Source of the DNA: Felis catus
Lineage: Eukaryota
Direction of reading: 5' to 3'
Length of the DNA stretch: 64,000 nucleotides
Assembly (NCBI RefSeq): GCF_018350175.1
Contig: NC_058368.1
Span: 149,794,001-149,858,000, forward strand
Shown here one piece after another: positions 52,671 through 64,000 of the stretch; positions within the stretch are counted from its first letter, which is position 1, and the number at the start of each line of letters is the position of its first letter. The notes beneath the pieces were generated by a model. The model did no database searches. It saw only the letters and a program-made list of their open reading frames with translations, and was not told where the DNA came from. The position numbers and the translations under genes were made by a program.

Positions 52671-54198
52671 TAAGTCTTTTAAAATTTGTATATATCTGTG
52701 AAGTTTTTTGTTTTGTTTTGTTTTTAGGTAAAAACATGTGAAGAGTAATGAGATTTAATAAGGCGTTTTAACCTTTTTTGAGGAAGAATGCAAAATAATA
52801 CATAAAGAATCTTGTGATTGTATTGTTTGTGCTAGTAAGCTTTTTATTTTAATTTTTTTTTCATTTTTGCACCATAGTGTTCTAGCAACAACAAAAGTCA
52901 AAATTAAAAATACAAATTCTCTTATGGTTACTTTTGACCAAGAAATGTAACTTGTCACTTCTCCTTTCTCTTTTACTTCTTGTCCATATGTATTCCTTTT
53001 TTTACTCATAATTAATATTTTTTTAATGTAGTTGTTTAGGAGGTTGGTTTTAGAAAGGAATAACATATTTGGCTAAGAGGTAATGTCTGCTGTCTGCTGC
53101 TCATCAGTGAGTGAAATATTGGTCACTGTTAACAAGGATTGTAGTGTCAAGATAGAATGCAGTGTATGTCGTGCTCATTCACACAGCAGTCACCCAAAGT
53201 ATTGTGTACAAGTTTTCTTTTCTTGAATTTGTATAAGAAACAGGCTTGAGATATTCCGGAGAAAAACGGTTTTCAGAAGTATGAGAAAAGATTTACTTAA
53301 GGGAAGTTTGGTTTCTGAAAATTAAGATTGAAAGGAAAATTGATTTAAAAAAATATTTGACAGACATGGATATAGATGTAGGGTTAATGGTAGCAGCCAA
53401 TCAATCTTGAAACCTTAAATGTTCACAGACATTCATTCAGGCTTAAAAGGACACTTCAGCGAATTACTGCTGTTGATAGACGGCATCAGTATAAAACTAA
53501 CTTACTCCTCCTGTGATTTGGTGGAGGTTGCAAACATCTAGATTCCAAGGAAAAGAAACTAGTTTGTGTGTTTCCCTCTACTCAGAAATTTGTAACAGAA
53601 AAAACATTCATACATTTTCAAATGCTTTACTACCACTTTCAAACAAAAAGAATGGTATGTAGTATCATGGGTATCTAAGTAAATTAAATAAATCTTAACG
53701 TTCTTTATGAGAAAAATATTAATTCTCATAAACATATGCTGATTAGACTAATGGTGCTTATTCAAAATAAAGTTTTTCCAAAGTAACTGTGTCTTGTTTA
53801 TGTGTAATGAATTAACTATATTATGATTTTATATCTAAACCATATCTGAAAGATAATTACACAGAAGCTTAAATTTTTAAGTCAGTTTTCTTGGGAGTTA
53901 CACCCTAAAGCTTGTAATGCATATATAACTATTGTTTACAAACATTCCAATTTGAATGTAATAATAATCCAGTGGTGCAGATACCATTTACACGTGATGA
54001 AATTAAGATTCAGATTGTTAAGTGGCTTCAAAGTTTTACATTTAGGTGATGCCAGAAACAGGACAAAAATCCAGAGTATTTGACTTTAATTTCTTGAATT
54101 TTCCAATATCATAGTATCTCTTGTATTACATGATTAGTCATTTTTCCCTGTTTAAAACTTTAATTCAGTTTTAATAACTTCATAATTGTCACTTTCAG

Positions 54199-54316
54199 TT
54201 TCCTAAAAGGAGATATGTTTATTGTTCATAATGAATTAGAAGATGGATGGATGTGGGTTACAAATCTAAGAACAGATGAACAGGGCCTTATTGTTGAAGA
54301 CTTAGTGGAAGAGGTG
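54199..54316 (+). CDS. RASA1: RASA1 exon 5 (118 nt), SH3: (S)FLKGDMFIVHNELEDGWMWVTNLRTDEQGLIVEDLVEEV
   Basis: Acceptor actttcag|T and donor GTG|gtaagt. Overlaps ORF 54215-54400. Confidence 0.97.
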
Positions 54317-55917
54317 GTAAGTTTTGTTCTTTTGTTCTCACTCTCAGAATTGTCAGTGTTTTGTACATTTTTGGAACTTGTCCATAATCATGGAAATTAG
54401 TTGTGAAACATTTTTTTTAATGAGAAACCTAATTCCTAAGTACAAGGAATTTTTCATTAAAATGTATTTACTGTAATAAATGTTATTTTTTGTAAAGACC
54501 ATAATTAGGCTAGCATGTTTTAATCTTTAACTGCCAATTTTCAGAAAGTTTTTATGAGTTTCTAAGAATAAAGAACATTAACATTTGTGCTTATTTGTAT
54601 CTCTTTTTGTCGTCTTGGTGGTTTTTCTCTTAAGTGACATTATGTCAAACTGATCATGGAAATCTCATTCAAATAGTTGTCCATGTTTGCTTTCAAATTC
54701 TTTATCTCACAAATATATGTATAACTTTCTAGTAACTTTGGAAAAGCTTAGTTATATTACACATACATTATCACATGTTTCTACATTTTCAGTTTTTCCA
54801 TTTTCATTGTCACCACATAATATAGTATTAGAAATCTTATCACTATAAATAATTGTGCATTTCTTAATAGCAGGTCTGCATTCAAACAGTATTTGCATTT
54901 CGGAGATAGTACTCAGTATCACTGAATCATGTCCAAAATATTACAGTTTTGGAATTCACCCTTCCTTTTTGGATTTGGTTAGGGTGATGGAATAGTTTCC
55001 TTTTATCTTTCATAACCTTCAGAGCTACTGTTTTTAAAATATGTCATGAATCTGGTAATATTCTGAAACCTGTGCTTTGATTATTGTTGCAGGAAGACAG
55101 CAGGGGAGAATATTTGTCTTTGTTATTCTTTTGACTAATAGAACTTGATATGTAAAAGTAAAACATACTGACGAAAAGTGGAGGGAGGTTGAGGAAATGG
55201 TATGATAAATTCCATACACATAGTTACTTAATAGAGGAGCTGGCATTAGAACTTCTAATTCCTAGGTTACTATTTGGAATTTTACAGTAGGAAGGGATAT
55301 GTATTCCATATAGGCCAGAAGTGTTCAAACTGAAGAATCTCACTGGTTTTACTTACGAAATTTCTTAGTTAAAATTTTTTATGTTGGATTTTTTTTTCTC
55401 CTTGTTATAACCCCCTTTCCCCCATTTTTGTGATTATTTGAAGGATTTATAGTATAGTTTAACTTTTCTTTAGCTCTTGAATTCTGGATCAAATCCAACT
55501 AGGTAAACTTTAAGAAGAATAAGTGTAAGTTATCCAAGGAGTACAGAAAAAAAAAAAAAAGCTCAATTTAAGGTAAAGAGACATGACCTCATGTCAATAA
55601 AAGGAAAAAAATAAAAACAATTTAATAACTCAGTATGAACAAAAAATGTGATGTGGCTGCTAAAAAGGAATATAGTCATACTTTGAATTAATAGTGGAAT
55701 AGTTTCAAGTTAGAATTATAAATAGGTTTCACACTAATAGGTATAATAAGTTTTCATAATGGTCTTCATTGGAGCATAGTGATTCCTTGTAGGTTGAAAA
55801 GCCATTTAGAGATTGTCTAGATTTCAGACATTACTTTGGTGGTTGGATTTAAGGATTTTCCCGCTCTGAACTTCTGATTACTGTTCTCCAAGCACATTTA
55901 TACTTTTATGCCTTAAA

Positions 55918-56028
55918 TCTAGAATGTAAGCTCTGTGAGAATTTTTGTCTCTAATTCAGTGATGTATTCCCATAGCAGAATAGTGTCTAGTATTAGTAAA
56001 CATTCAGCAAATGTTTGTTGAATGAATA
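55918..56028 (+). mobile_element. L2 3' end
   Basis: ctagaatgtaagctctgtgag...aaatgtttgttgaatgaat. Confidence 0.75.
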
Positions 56029-57412
56029 TCTCTTTGCCTATACTTTCTCCTCTTCCTTGACACTCTTGCCCTGCTACACCACTAACTTGTAAAATTTGAT
56101 TCATTTTTATCAATTCAGCCCAGATGTTGCCCCTTTTTTCACAGAGGTTTTATGCCTATCTTAGTCTAAATTGTTTTCTCTTGTGTTTTTATAGCACCTT
56201 GTTAATTCTGTATTTTACTACACTGTATAAAATTAATTTATGGTGTAAACCAGTTCTATAGAGATGAACTCCTTTTGGGCAATGATAATGCATTTTGTTT
56301 TTGTGGGGGGTTTTTTGTTTGTTTGTTTTTTAGCATACTGCTTTCATATAGTAGGCATTCAGTGAGTGTGTGGTTTTACTTTGGGTAGGTATTTGATGAG
56401 TGAGGAAAAATTGAGGGAAGTAAATCCATGGACAGATAGACTATTTTTCTACTCTTTCCTTCATTATTCAGTGAAGACTTGGTGCCAGATACCCAGTTTT
56501 GCTGGGTCCTAGAGGTACACCTCAAAAATATTCAGTGCAACCTATATGAACAGCATTGTGCTAGTGATTATGGTGGTGGTAGGTGTTAAAGAATAGGTAA
56601 GAGGTTACGATGCATGTAGCCACTATACCGGAATGAATAAATAACACCAGTGTATCTTAAATAATAGGAATGCCAAATAGGTAAGGTTAAAAAGATGATA
56701 AAAGAAGGATGTCTTTTTGATTTAAAGTAAAAGTTTATATTTATGTTCTAGGGACTCATTATTTCACTGAGGAGGTAGTATTTGAAGAAGATCCTACCTA
56801 GATAGTAGGAAACAGGCAGGAAACAGTGAGTGAAAAAGACATCCTAGGGTAAAAAGAATAAGCTAGGTGGTAGGAGAATGTGGATTAGCAAATAGGTAGT
56901 TATGTGTGACCATGGTATAGATAGCTTAAGAGAGTTGGTAGTATGAGACAGGAAATGTAGACTTGAGTTCTATGATAAAGGATTTTGGTTTTATAAAAGG
57001 AATTTTTAGGAAGTAGAGCAGTATTAAAGGTTTGGTTTTTACATTTTGTTTGTTTGTTTGTTTTTTGTTTGGTGTACCTTAGTGCAGGACAAAGTTGCAG
57101 TTGAAACTGAAGAATCCAGATTGGAGTGGTGAGATCGTGGGGTGAGACAGGGCACAGAGGTAATTACACTAGTTCGGCTTTGGTAACTGTTGAAGAAAAG
57201 AGAGAACAAGGGCCTGGATTAGAGTAACCACAACAAGTAAGGGAGAGAGTCTTAGAAAGACATTTCTTGAACTGATACATCTTTTCTTGTATAAGTAAAT
57301 ATTAGGGACAGGGTAGAGATGTGTTTGAAGATATGATTTTTATTAACTTTAATGAAAATAGATGTAATAGTTAAAACTGTATAAAATACTGTCTTAATAT
57401 CTTATCCTTTAG

Positions 57413-57444
57413 GGCCGGGAAGAAGATCCACATGAAGGCAAAAT
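57413..57444 (+). CDS. RASA1: RASA1 exon 6 (32 nt): GREEDPHEGK(I)
   Basis: Acceptor cttatcctttag|GGC and donor AT|gtgagt. In frame with exon 5; matches the recalled SH3-to-C-SH2 linker. Confidence 0.94.
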
Positions 57445-58779
57445 GTGAGTTTGTGTTAATTTTTAAAAGGAAAAAGAAACTATGTTGTAAACCTACTAAT
57501 TGGAAAACTTAGGCCAAAATTTATTTTAAAAGAAAATTGCTACTTTGGGGGCTGACTTAAGAATGGTTTTTATTTGGCTCGAGAACTGGTATGTTAAAAT
57601 TTTCTTTAGGATCTATGGGTAGTTTTATTTTTAAATAACGATGGTGGCTTTTACTATATAGAACTCTTCTATCACCAAACTAAAGGCTTTTCTATAAACA
57701 ACATTAATAACATCATGAATGTCATGATTCATAATATTTTTGTTTCCTTATTGATTTATTTATAGCATTTCTTGTTTTTGTAACCACATCTTTTGGGTGT
57801 TTTATGTTTCAGTTTTTTTCAGTTTGTTTTGCGTGAGAGAGACAGAACTTTTCAGCAAGATCATGACTCTTTACCGTATTTATTAAGATTCTACAAGGCC
57901 TTTTTTTTTTCATAATCTTTTCAGGCTGATTTTAGGTATCTTGTAAGGGCTAATTCAAAGACCAGGTATTACTTTACTTAGTATTTGCCACAGTCATCTC
58001 TTGTATTCCAGAAGTTATTAGCTGTTAACAATAACCTCCTATGGGAAATTTACTTTGATTTTGTTATTGTCCTTGGAGATCTATTTTAGTGTTTTGCTCA
58101 TCCCTCATTTACTTTGCATAAAAATTTTCTTTTAAAGACGTTAACTCTTGATCCCAATTCTGTCTTACTCATGATTTTAATTAAGACCGTTCATCTTTTG
58201 ATCTCTTTTCAGTGGAACACTTTTTTTCCTTACCATCCTGTCAGTGTTGATGAATGCAATTTAAAGGTTGCCTCTCAAGTGTTTGCTTATTCTCTTTTCT
58301 AACCATTAGAATACAAAAACAGTAAGCTGAATTATCCACTTTCAGTAAACCTCACTTAGTTCCTGACGCTTCCTTTAAGTAGAACATATGAAATGTTTTC
58401 TGAATCTATTTTCCTTGTTTGTGTAGGTGCAAAATAGCCTCCATAAGTGAGATGGTACATTGTTGACTGTATTTGTGTGAAGTCTTCCCTCTACCTGTAT
58501 CACATTACAAATTCTAATTAGTGTTTGGGGGAGGCATACTGATAATGTAAGCAAATGGAATGGGTCAGGTATAAATATTCTTATTTTTCCCAAATTAAAA
58601 TAATGCTGATCTTTCTTATTTTCCTTCTATGATGAAGATTAAGGTACATGGAACTGGCTCCCTACAGTACAAACAGTGCAAAGTATGGTGATACATGGCA
58701 GTTAACATTCTCTCTTTGTATTAGAGAGTGGGAAGCCAAAAACTAGTAATGTTTCCCTGCAGTAAGTTGACTGCTGTAA

Positions 58780-58930
58780 TTGATGTGTGCAAAAACGGGA
58801 GTCCAGTGTTGCCAGATCTTCGTGATTTTCAAGATACAGTTGAAATCTGTATTTTTATCCCTATTTAAAATAATACCATAGATATATTTTTAAAAGAAAA
58901 GAAAAAAAATGTTGGTCACATGCCACTAAA
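58780..58930. mobile_element. MER103-like hAT fragment
   Basis: ccagtgttgccagatcttcgtgattttcaaga motif (recall). Confidence 0.45.
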
Positions 58931-59261
58931 TATTTAAAGCTTCATCCAGTTTTCTCACAGCATAAAGTATAAATCCCACTTTTGCTGGGAATGTTTTTTA
59001 GTTAGTACATCTCTGAACTTTGTAATTATCTACTCATTTGGTATTTAGTGTAAGTTAAATTTGCGCTGTTGACTTATTTTATGTATTTCTCAGCTCCCTC
59101 TAATTTCTTAAGGTGGAGACTGGCAGTGAAGCCACCTCAGTAGCATCCATGAGTGCTCTTTGAGACTAAACAAATGTAACTTGAACTGTGTTTCTTTCTG
59201 GCTCCCTTTTAACAATGATATAGACATCAAGTCCTGATAATTTTGTTTTCTAAAATATTTC

Positions 59262-59481
59262 TTTTTTTTTTTTTTGAACATTTATTATTGAGAGACAGAG
59301 ACAGAGCATGAGCAGGGGAGGGACCGAGGGACCAAGGGACGGGGAGACAAAGAATCCAAAGCAGGCTCCAGGCTCTGAGCTGTCAACATAGAGCCCGACA
59401 TGGGGCTCAAACTCACAAACTGCGAGATCATGACCTGAGCTGAAGTCAGACGCTTAACCGACAGAGCCACCCAGGTGCCCC
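59262..59481 (-). mobile_element. Can-SINE in intron 6
   Basis: TSD cta(a/g)aatattt. Confidence 0.9.
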
Positions 59482-59559
59482 TAGAATATTTCTTGAATGT
59501 GTGTCTTCTTCTCAATCTTAAGCAACCATACTCTAGTTCAGGCCCTTTTCTTTATTTTT

Positions 59560-59870
59560 TTTTTAATTAAAAAAATTAATTGACGATAGATGACACACAG
59601 TGTTACATTAGTTGCAGGTGTACAACAAAGTGATTGAACAATTCTGTACATGATGCCCTGCGCCCCCCAGGTGTAGCTACCATCTGTCACCATACATCAT
59701 TATTACAGCATCCTTGACTATATTCATTATGGTATGCCTTTTGTTCCTGTGACTTACTCATTCCAAACTAGAGGCCTGTATCCCCCACTCCTCTTTATTC
59801 CTTTTGCCCATCCTCCACTCTGGCAACCATCCGTTGGTTCTCTGTATTTATAGGTCTGTTCTTCTAATTT
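59560..59870 (-). mobile_element. L1 3' end fragment (L1MA9/carnivore type)
   Basis: caggtgtacaac, gtagctaccatctgtcaccatac, ctctggcaaccat. Confidence 0.75.
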
Positions 59871-61763
59871 CTTAACAGGACTTGATGTAGCAGTAACCTC
59901 CAAGTTGGTTTTCTTTGATGCTTTCAGTCTCTTTAAATCCTTTCTTCCAGTAGCAAGCATAATCTTCCTAAAACCCATATCTGACTGCATCACTTTTGCA
60001 CTTAAAAGCATTACCTTATTCTCTGTCATATTTACCTTAGCAGAGCCTGAAACGATCCTCTCATCTGACTATTGTGTCCTTTACTAGTCATATCTCTTTT
60101 ATGTTTATATTCTACTCTCCAGCTTGTCGATCTTCAAATGTGTAAAACTGTTGTTCACCTTTGTCTAAGCTACTTTCTAGGTCAGAATACCACTGCATTA
60201 TGTTTGGTCAATTTCTATTCTTACTTAATGACTTAACTCACTTATCACTTCCCAAGAAGTCTTCCTTTATCTTCTCCCTCACATGTTGCATAGAGATGGT
60301 GCCCTCCTCTTTTATTCCAAAAATGCCCTCTGTGCATTTCTATCACTGCACTTTATTATATTTTTGACATTGTTTTTGTAGTTATACAGTATTTGTGTTG
60401 CTTTTTCTTATTGGAATAGGAACTTTGTAAGAACAGGGACTCCTCTTTCTATCATTGGTGTAAACCATGTGTTTGAAATATGTACATTTTACATGTAGGT
60501 AATAAATGTCTGAATGAGGAAACTCAGATCTACTTCTTTCACAAAATCATTATTGCTGATTTGTTCTCTAAACCCCATTTGGTGCTCCTCACTTGGAATT
60601 CCCTTGTTTTTCTTTATTCTTGCTATAAAAATATAGGAATAGCCTTTGAGGGTATCTACTTATCTCTCCTCCAGAATATAAAAACCCTGTTCTAGCATTT
60701 GTAGGAAATGGTCATTTAGATTATACTTGAATGCAGTATGGAACCTTACTACCTTTTAAGGAAGCCTGGATTGCTCCAGTTGTTGTGTACTTGCTGTATA
60801 GTATTCATAATTTGCATTGAGTTAATGAGTTAATGGTGGGAATAATGTTAAAGAGGGAATTTAAAAGTTTGAACATTTCATTCATGTGAAAAGGTAAATA
60901 TTCAGTTATATTTTGATAAGTAATAGTATGGGTAATTTAAAACAATGTTAACAGCTTCTAAATCTGTAACACTGGGCTTTAGAGCACTTACATGTTTTAG
61001 ACTTGTAGTATTTTTATTTTCCAGCTATTTTGGGGTATATATCTTTTTTACTGAAATAACACTATACTTATTCATATATATAATTAGCATGCTCAGAAGT
61101 AATTTTTAATGTGCCTTTCCAGAATGTATTAAATACAGCACAGTGTTCTGAACACATTCATTCAGTGAAACAACACTGAATTTATTAACATACATAATAT
61201 ACAATGAGCTTTTTTTTATGTAGAGGAATTTCTAATTTTTATTAAGAAATTTTTAATTGGAGTATAATTAAATCCAATGTTAAATTTGTTTCAGGTGTAC
61301 AATATAAATAATTATTCAACAGTTCTATATATTACTCAGTGTTCATTGGGATAAGTGTACTTTTAATCCCCCCTGTTTCCCCCATCCCCATGCCTTCCTC
61401 CCTCTGGCAACCACCAGTTTGTTCTTTGTATTTAAGAGTGTTTTTTGTTTATCTTTCTTTGTTTGTTTATTTTGTTTCTTAAATTCCAGACATGAGTTGA
61501 ATCATATAATACTTGTCTTTCTCCGTCTGACTGACTTCCATCCATGTTGATACAGATGGCAAAAATCTCTGTCTTTTTTATGGCTGATATTCCATTGTAT
61601 GTATATACCACATTTTTATCCATTCATCTATCCTTGGGCACTTGGGTTGCTTCCATATTTTGGCTACTGTAAATTACATGACATTAACCATAGGAGTGGA
61701 TATATCTGTCTTCTTTGGAAAGATGTCTACTCAGGTTCTCTGCCCTCCCCTCCCCCCCCCCAC

Positions 61764-61960
61764 TTTTTTTTTTTTTTTTATTGAGAAACAGAGAATGAGA
61801 CTGAGAGTATGAGCAGGGGAGGGGCAGAGAGAGAGGGAAAGAGAGACTCTTAAGCTGGGCATGGAGCCTGACTCAGGGCTCCATCTCATGACCCTGAGAT
61901 GATGACTTGAGCCAAAACTGAGAATCCGTTCCTTAGCCGACTGAAGCATCCAGGTGCCTC
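61764..61960 (-). mobile_element. Can-SINE nested in L1
   Basis: Typical body; flanking tctgccc. Confidence 0.85.
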
Positions 61961-62896
61961 TCTGCCCATTTTTTTAATTGAAATATTTATTTTTCTAGAG
62001 TTGAGTTTTAGAAGTTCTTTATATATTTTGGATATTAACCCCTTATCAAATACATCATTTGCAAATTCAGTAGGTTTTCACTGTGCAGAAACTTTTAATT
62101 TTGATGTAGTCTCAATAGTTTACTTTTGCTTTTGCTTCCTTTGCCTGAGGAGACCTATCTAGAAAAATATTTCTATGGCTGATGTCAAAGAAATTACTGC
62201 CTGTGTTTTCTTTAAGGAGGTTTATGTTTTCAGGTCCCCCTTTATGTCTCTAATCCATTTGGAGTTCATTTTTGTGTATGGTATAAGAGAGTAACCCAGT
62301 TTTCATTCTTTTGCATGTACGTGTCCAGTTTTTTCAACACCGTTTATTGAAGAGACTGTCTTTCTCCCCGCAGCATATATTGTTGACTCCTTTGCCCTAG
62401 ATTAATTGACCACATAATTGTGAGTTTATTTCTGGGCTCTCTTTTCTGTTCCATTGATCTATTGGGTCTGGGTTTTTGTTTTTTGTGTACTATTTTTTGC
62501 CAGTACCATACTGTTTTGATTACTACAGCTTTGTAGTATATCTTTATATCTGGGATTATGATACCTCCAGTTTTGTTCTTCTTTTTCAAGATGGCTTTGG
62601 CTCTTGGGGGTCTTTTGTGGTTCCATGCAAATTTTAAGATTATTTGTTATAGTTTTGTGAAAAATGCTATTGGTATTTTGATATGGATTGCCTTGAATCT
62701 ATAGTTTGCTTTGGATAGTATGGACCTTTTAACAGTGTTCTTCCAAGTCATGAGTATGGAATATCTTTCCATTTGTTTGTGTCATCTTCAGTTTATCAGT
62801 GTTTTATAGTTTTTAGGGTACAGGTCTTTCATTTCCTTTAAGTTTATTCCTAAGTATTTTATTATTTCAGGTGCAGTTGTAAATGGGATTGTTTTC

Positions 62897-63505
62897 TTTT
62901 TTTTAATATGAAATTTATTGTCAAATTGGTTTCCATACATCACCCAGTGCTCATTCCAACATATGCCCTCCTCAGTGCCCATCACCCACTTTCTCCTCCC
63001 TTCCACCCCCCCATCAACCCTCAGTTTATTCTCTCAGTTTTTAACAGTCGTTTATGGTTTGCCTCCCTCCCTCTCTTTTTCCCCCCCTTCCCCTCCCCCA
63101 CGGTCTTCTGTTAAGTTTCTCAGGATCCACATAAGAGTGAAAACATACAGTATCTTTCTCTGTATGACTTATTTCACCTAGCATAACACTCTCCAGTTCC
63201 ATCCACATTGTTACAAAAGGCCATATTTTGTTCTTTCTCCTTGCCAAGTAGTATTCCATTGTATATATAAGCCACAATTTCTTTATCCATTCATCAGTTG
63301 ATGGACATTTAGGCTCTTTCCATCATTTGGCTATTGTTGAAAGTGCTGCTGTAAACATTGGGGTACAAGTGCCCCTATGCATCGGTACTCCTGTATCCCT
63401 TGGGTAAATTCCTAGCAGTGCTATTGCTGGGTCATAGGGTAGATCTATTTTTAATTTTTTGAGGAATCTCCACACTGTTTTCCAGAGCAGCTTCACCATT
63501 TTGCA
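62897..63505 (-). mobile_element. Younger cat-type L1 3' end nested in older L1
   Basis: T-tail then aaatttattgtcaaattggtttccata..cacccagtgctcat; ORF2 C-terminal remnant. Confidence 0.85.
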
Positions 63506-64000
63506 GGGTTATTCGTATACAGTATCATGTCATCTGCAAATAGTGAAAGTTTTAATTCTTCTTTACCTATTTGATGCCTTTTACTTCTTTTTCTTGTCTG
63601 ATTGCTTCAACTAAGACTTACAGTAGTCTGTCGAATTAAATTGGTGAGAGAGGACGTTGTCTTGTTCCCGAATTTAAGGGAAAAGCTCTTAGTTTTTCAT
63701 CATTAAGTATGATGTTACCTGTGGGTTTTTCATATATGGCCTTTGTTATGTTGAAGTATGTTCCCTCTTAAACCTAGTTTGTTGAGAGTTTTTATCAAGA
63801 ATGGATGTTGTACTCTGTGAAATGCTTTTTTCTGCATTTGTTGAGATGATCATATGGTTTTTATCATTTCTTTTGTTAATGTGATGTATCACGTTGATGG
63901 ATTTGCAAATATTGAACCACACTTGCATCCCTGGAATAAATCCTGCTTGATTGTGGTGAATCATTTTTTTTAATGTGTTGAATTCGGTTTGCTAGTATTT

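Larger units (their letters stand above)
1..64000 (+). other. RASA1: RASA1 gene body (partial: distal intron 1 through intron 6)
   Basis: Five exons with splice signals join in frame to a protein matching p120 RasGAP residues ~180-350. No first exon, CpG island or downstream exon is seen in the window. Confidence 0.96.
61250..64000 (-). mobile_element. Carnivore L1 (3'UTR + ORF2 remnant), running off the window end
   Basis: Minus-strand ORF2 fragments [23 protein letters not shown] and [28 protein letters not shown] (RT region), frameshifted. Confidence 0.9.

Noticed and set aside
62618..62627. tggttccatg, resembling the start of RASA1 exon 7 (WFHG)
   Set aside because: It lies in antisense L1 sequence, has no AG acceptor and does not continue as GKISKQEAY. 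Exon 7 appears to be beyond the window.
61250..64000. L1 ORF2/RT as an active element
   Set aside because: Frameshifted, fragmented and interrupted by a SINE and another L1.

Overview
Mammalian genomic DNA, almost certainly felid: it is dense in carnivore tRNA-derived SINEs of SINEC_Fc type and cat-type L1 3' ends. The whole window lies inside the RASA1 gene (p120 RasGAP) on the + strand. About 48 kb is the distal part of intron 1. It is followed by five coding exons (47961-48113, 49363-49498, 50140-50210, 54199-54316, 57413-57444; equivalent to human exons 2-6) that splice in frame to encode the N-terminal SH2 domain, the SH3 domain and the linker to the C-terminal SH2, and then by part of intron 6. 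The rest is mostly interspersed repeats (L1, 26 Can-SINE copies or fragments, MaLR/ERVL LTRs, Tigger and Charlie DNA transposons, MIR/L2) and simple repeats. Almost all ORFs in the supplied track are repeat-derived or spurious. I found no convincing undescribed multi-gene system. The most interesting observations are: a GC-AG intron; a 510-nt phase-2/phase-2 exon block whose hypothetical back-splice junction creates an in-frame ATG and a stop-free circular ORF; three loci where retroelements appear to have inserted successively at one target site (triple TSDs); a ~600-bp AT-only tract with perfect palindromes; and a strong antisense bias of SINEs. Repeat subfamily names and human comparisons are from recall, and repeat boundaries are approximate unless TSDs or TIRs are quoted.
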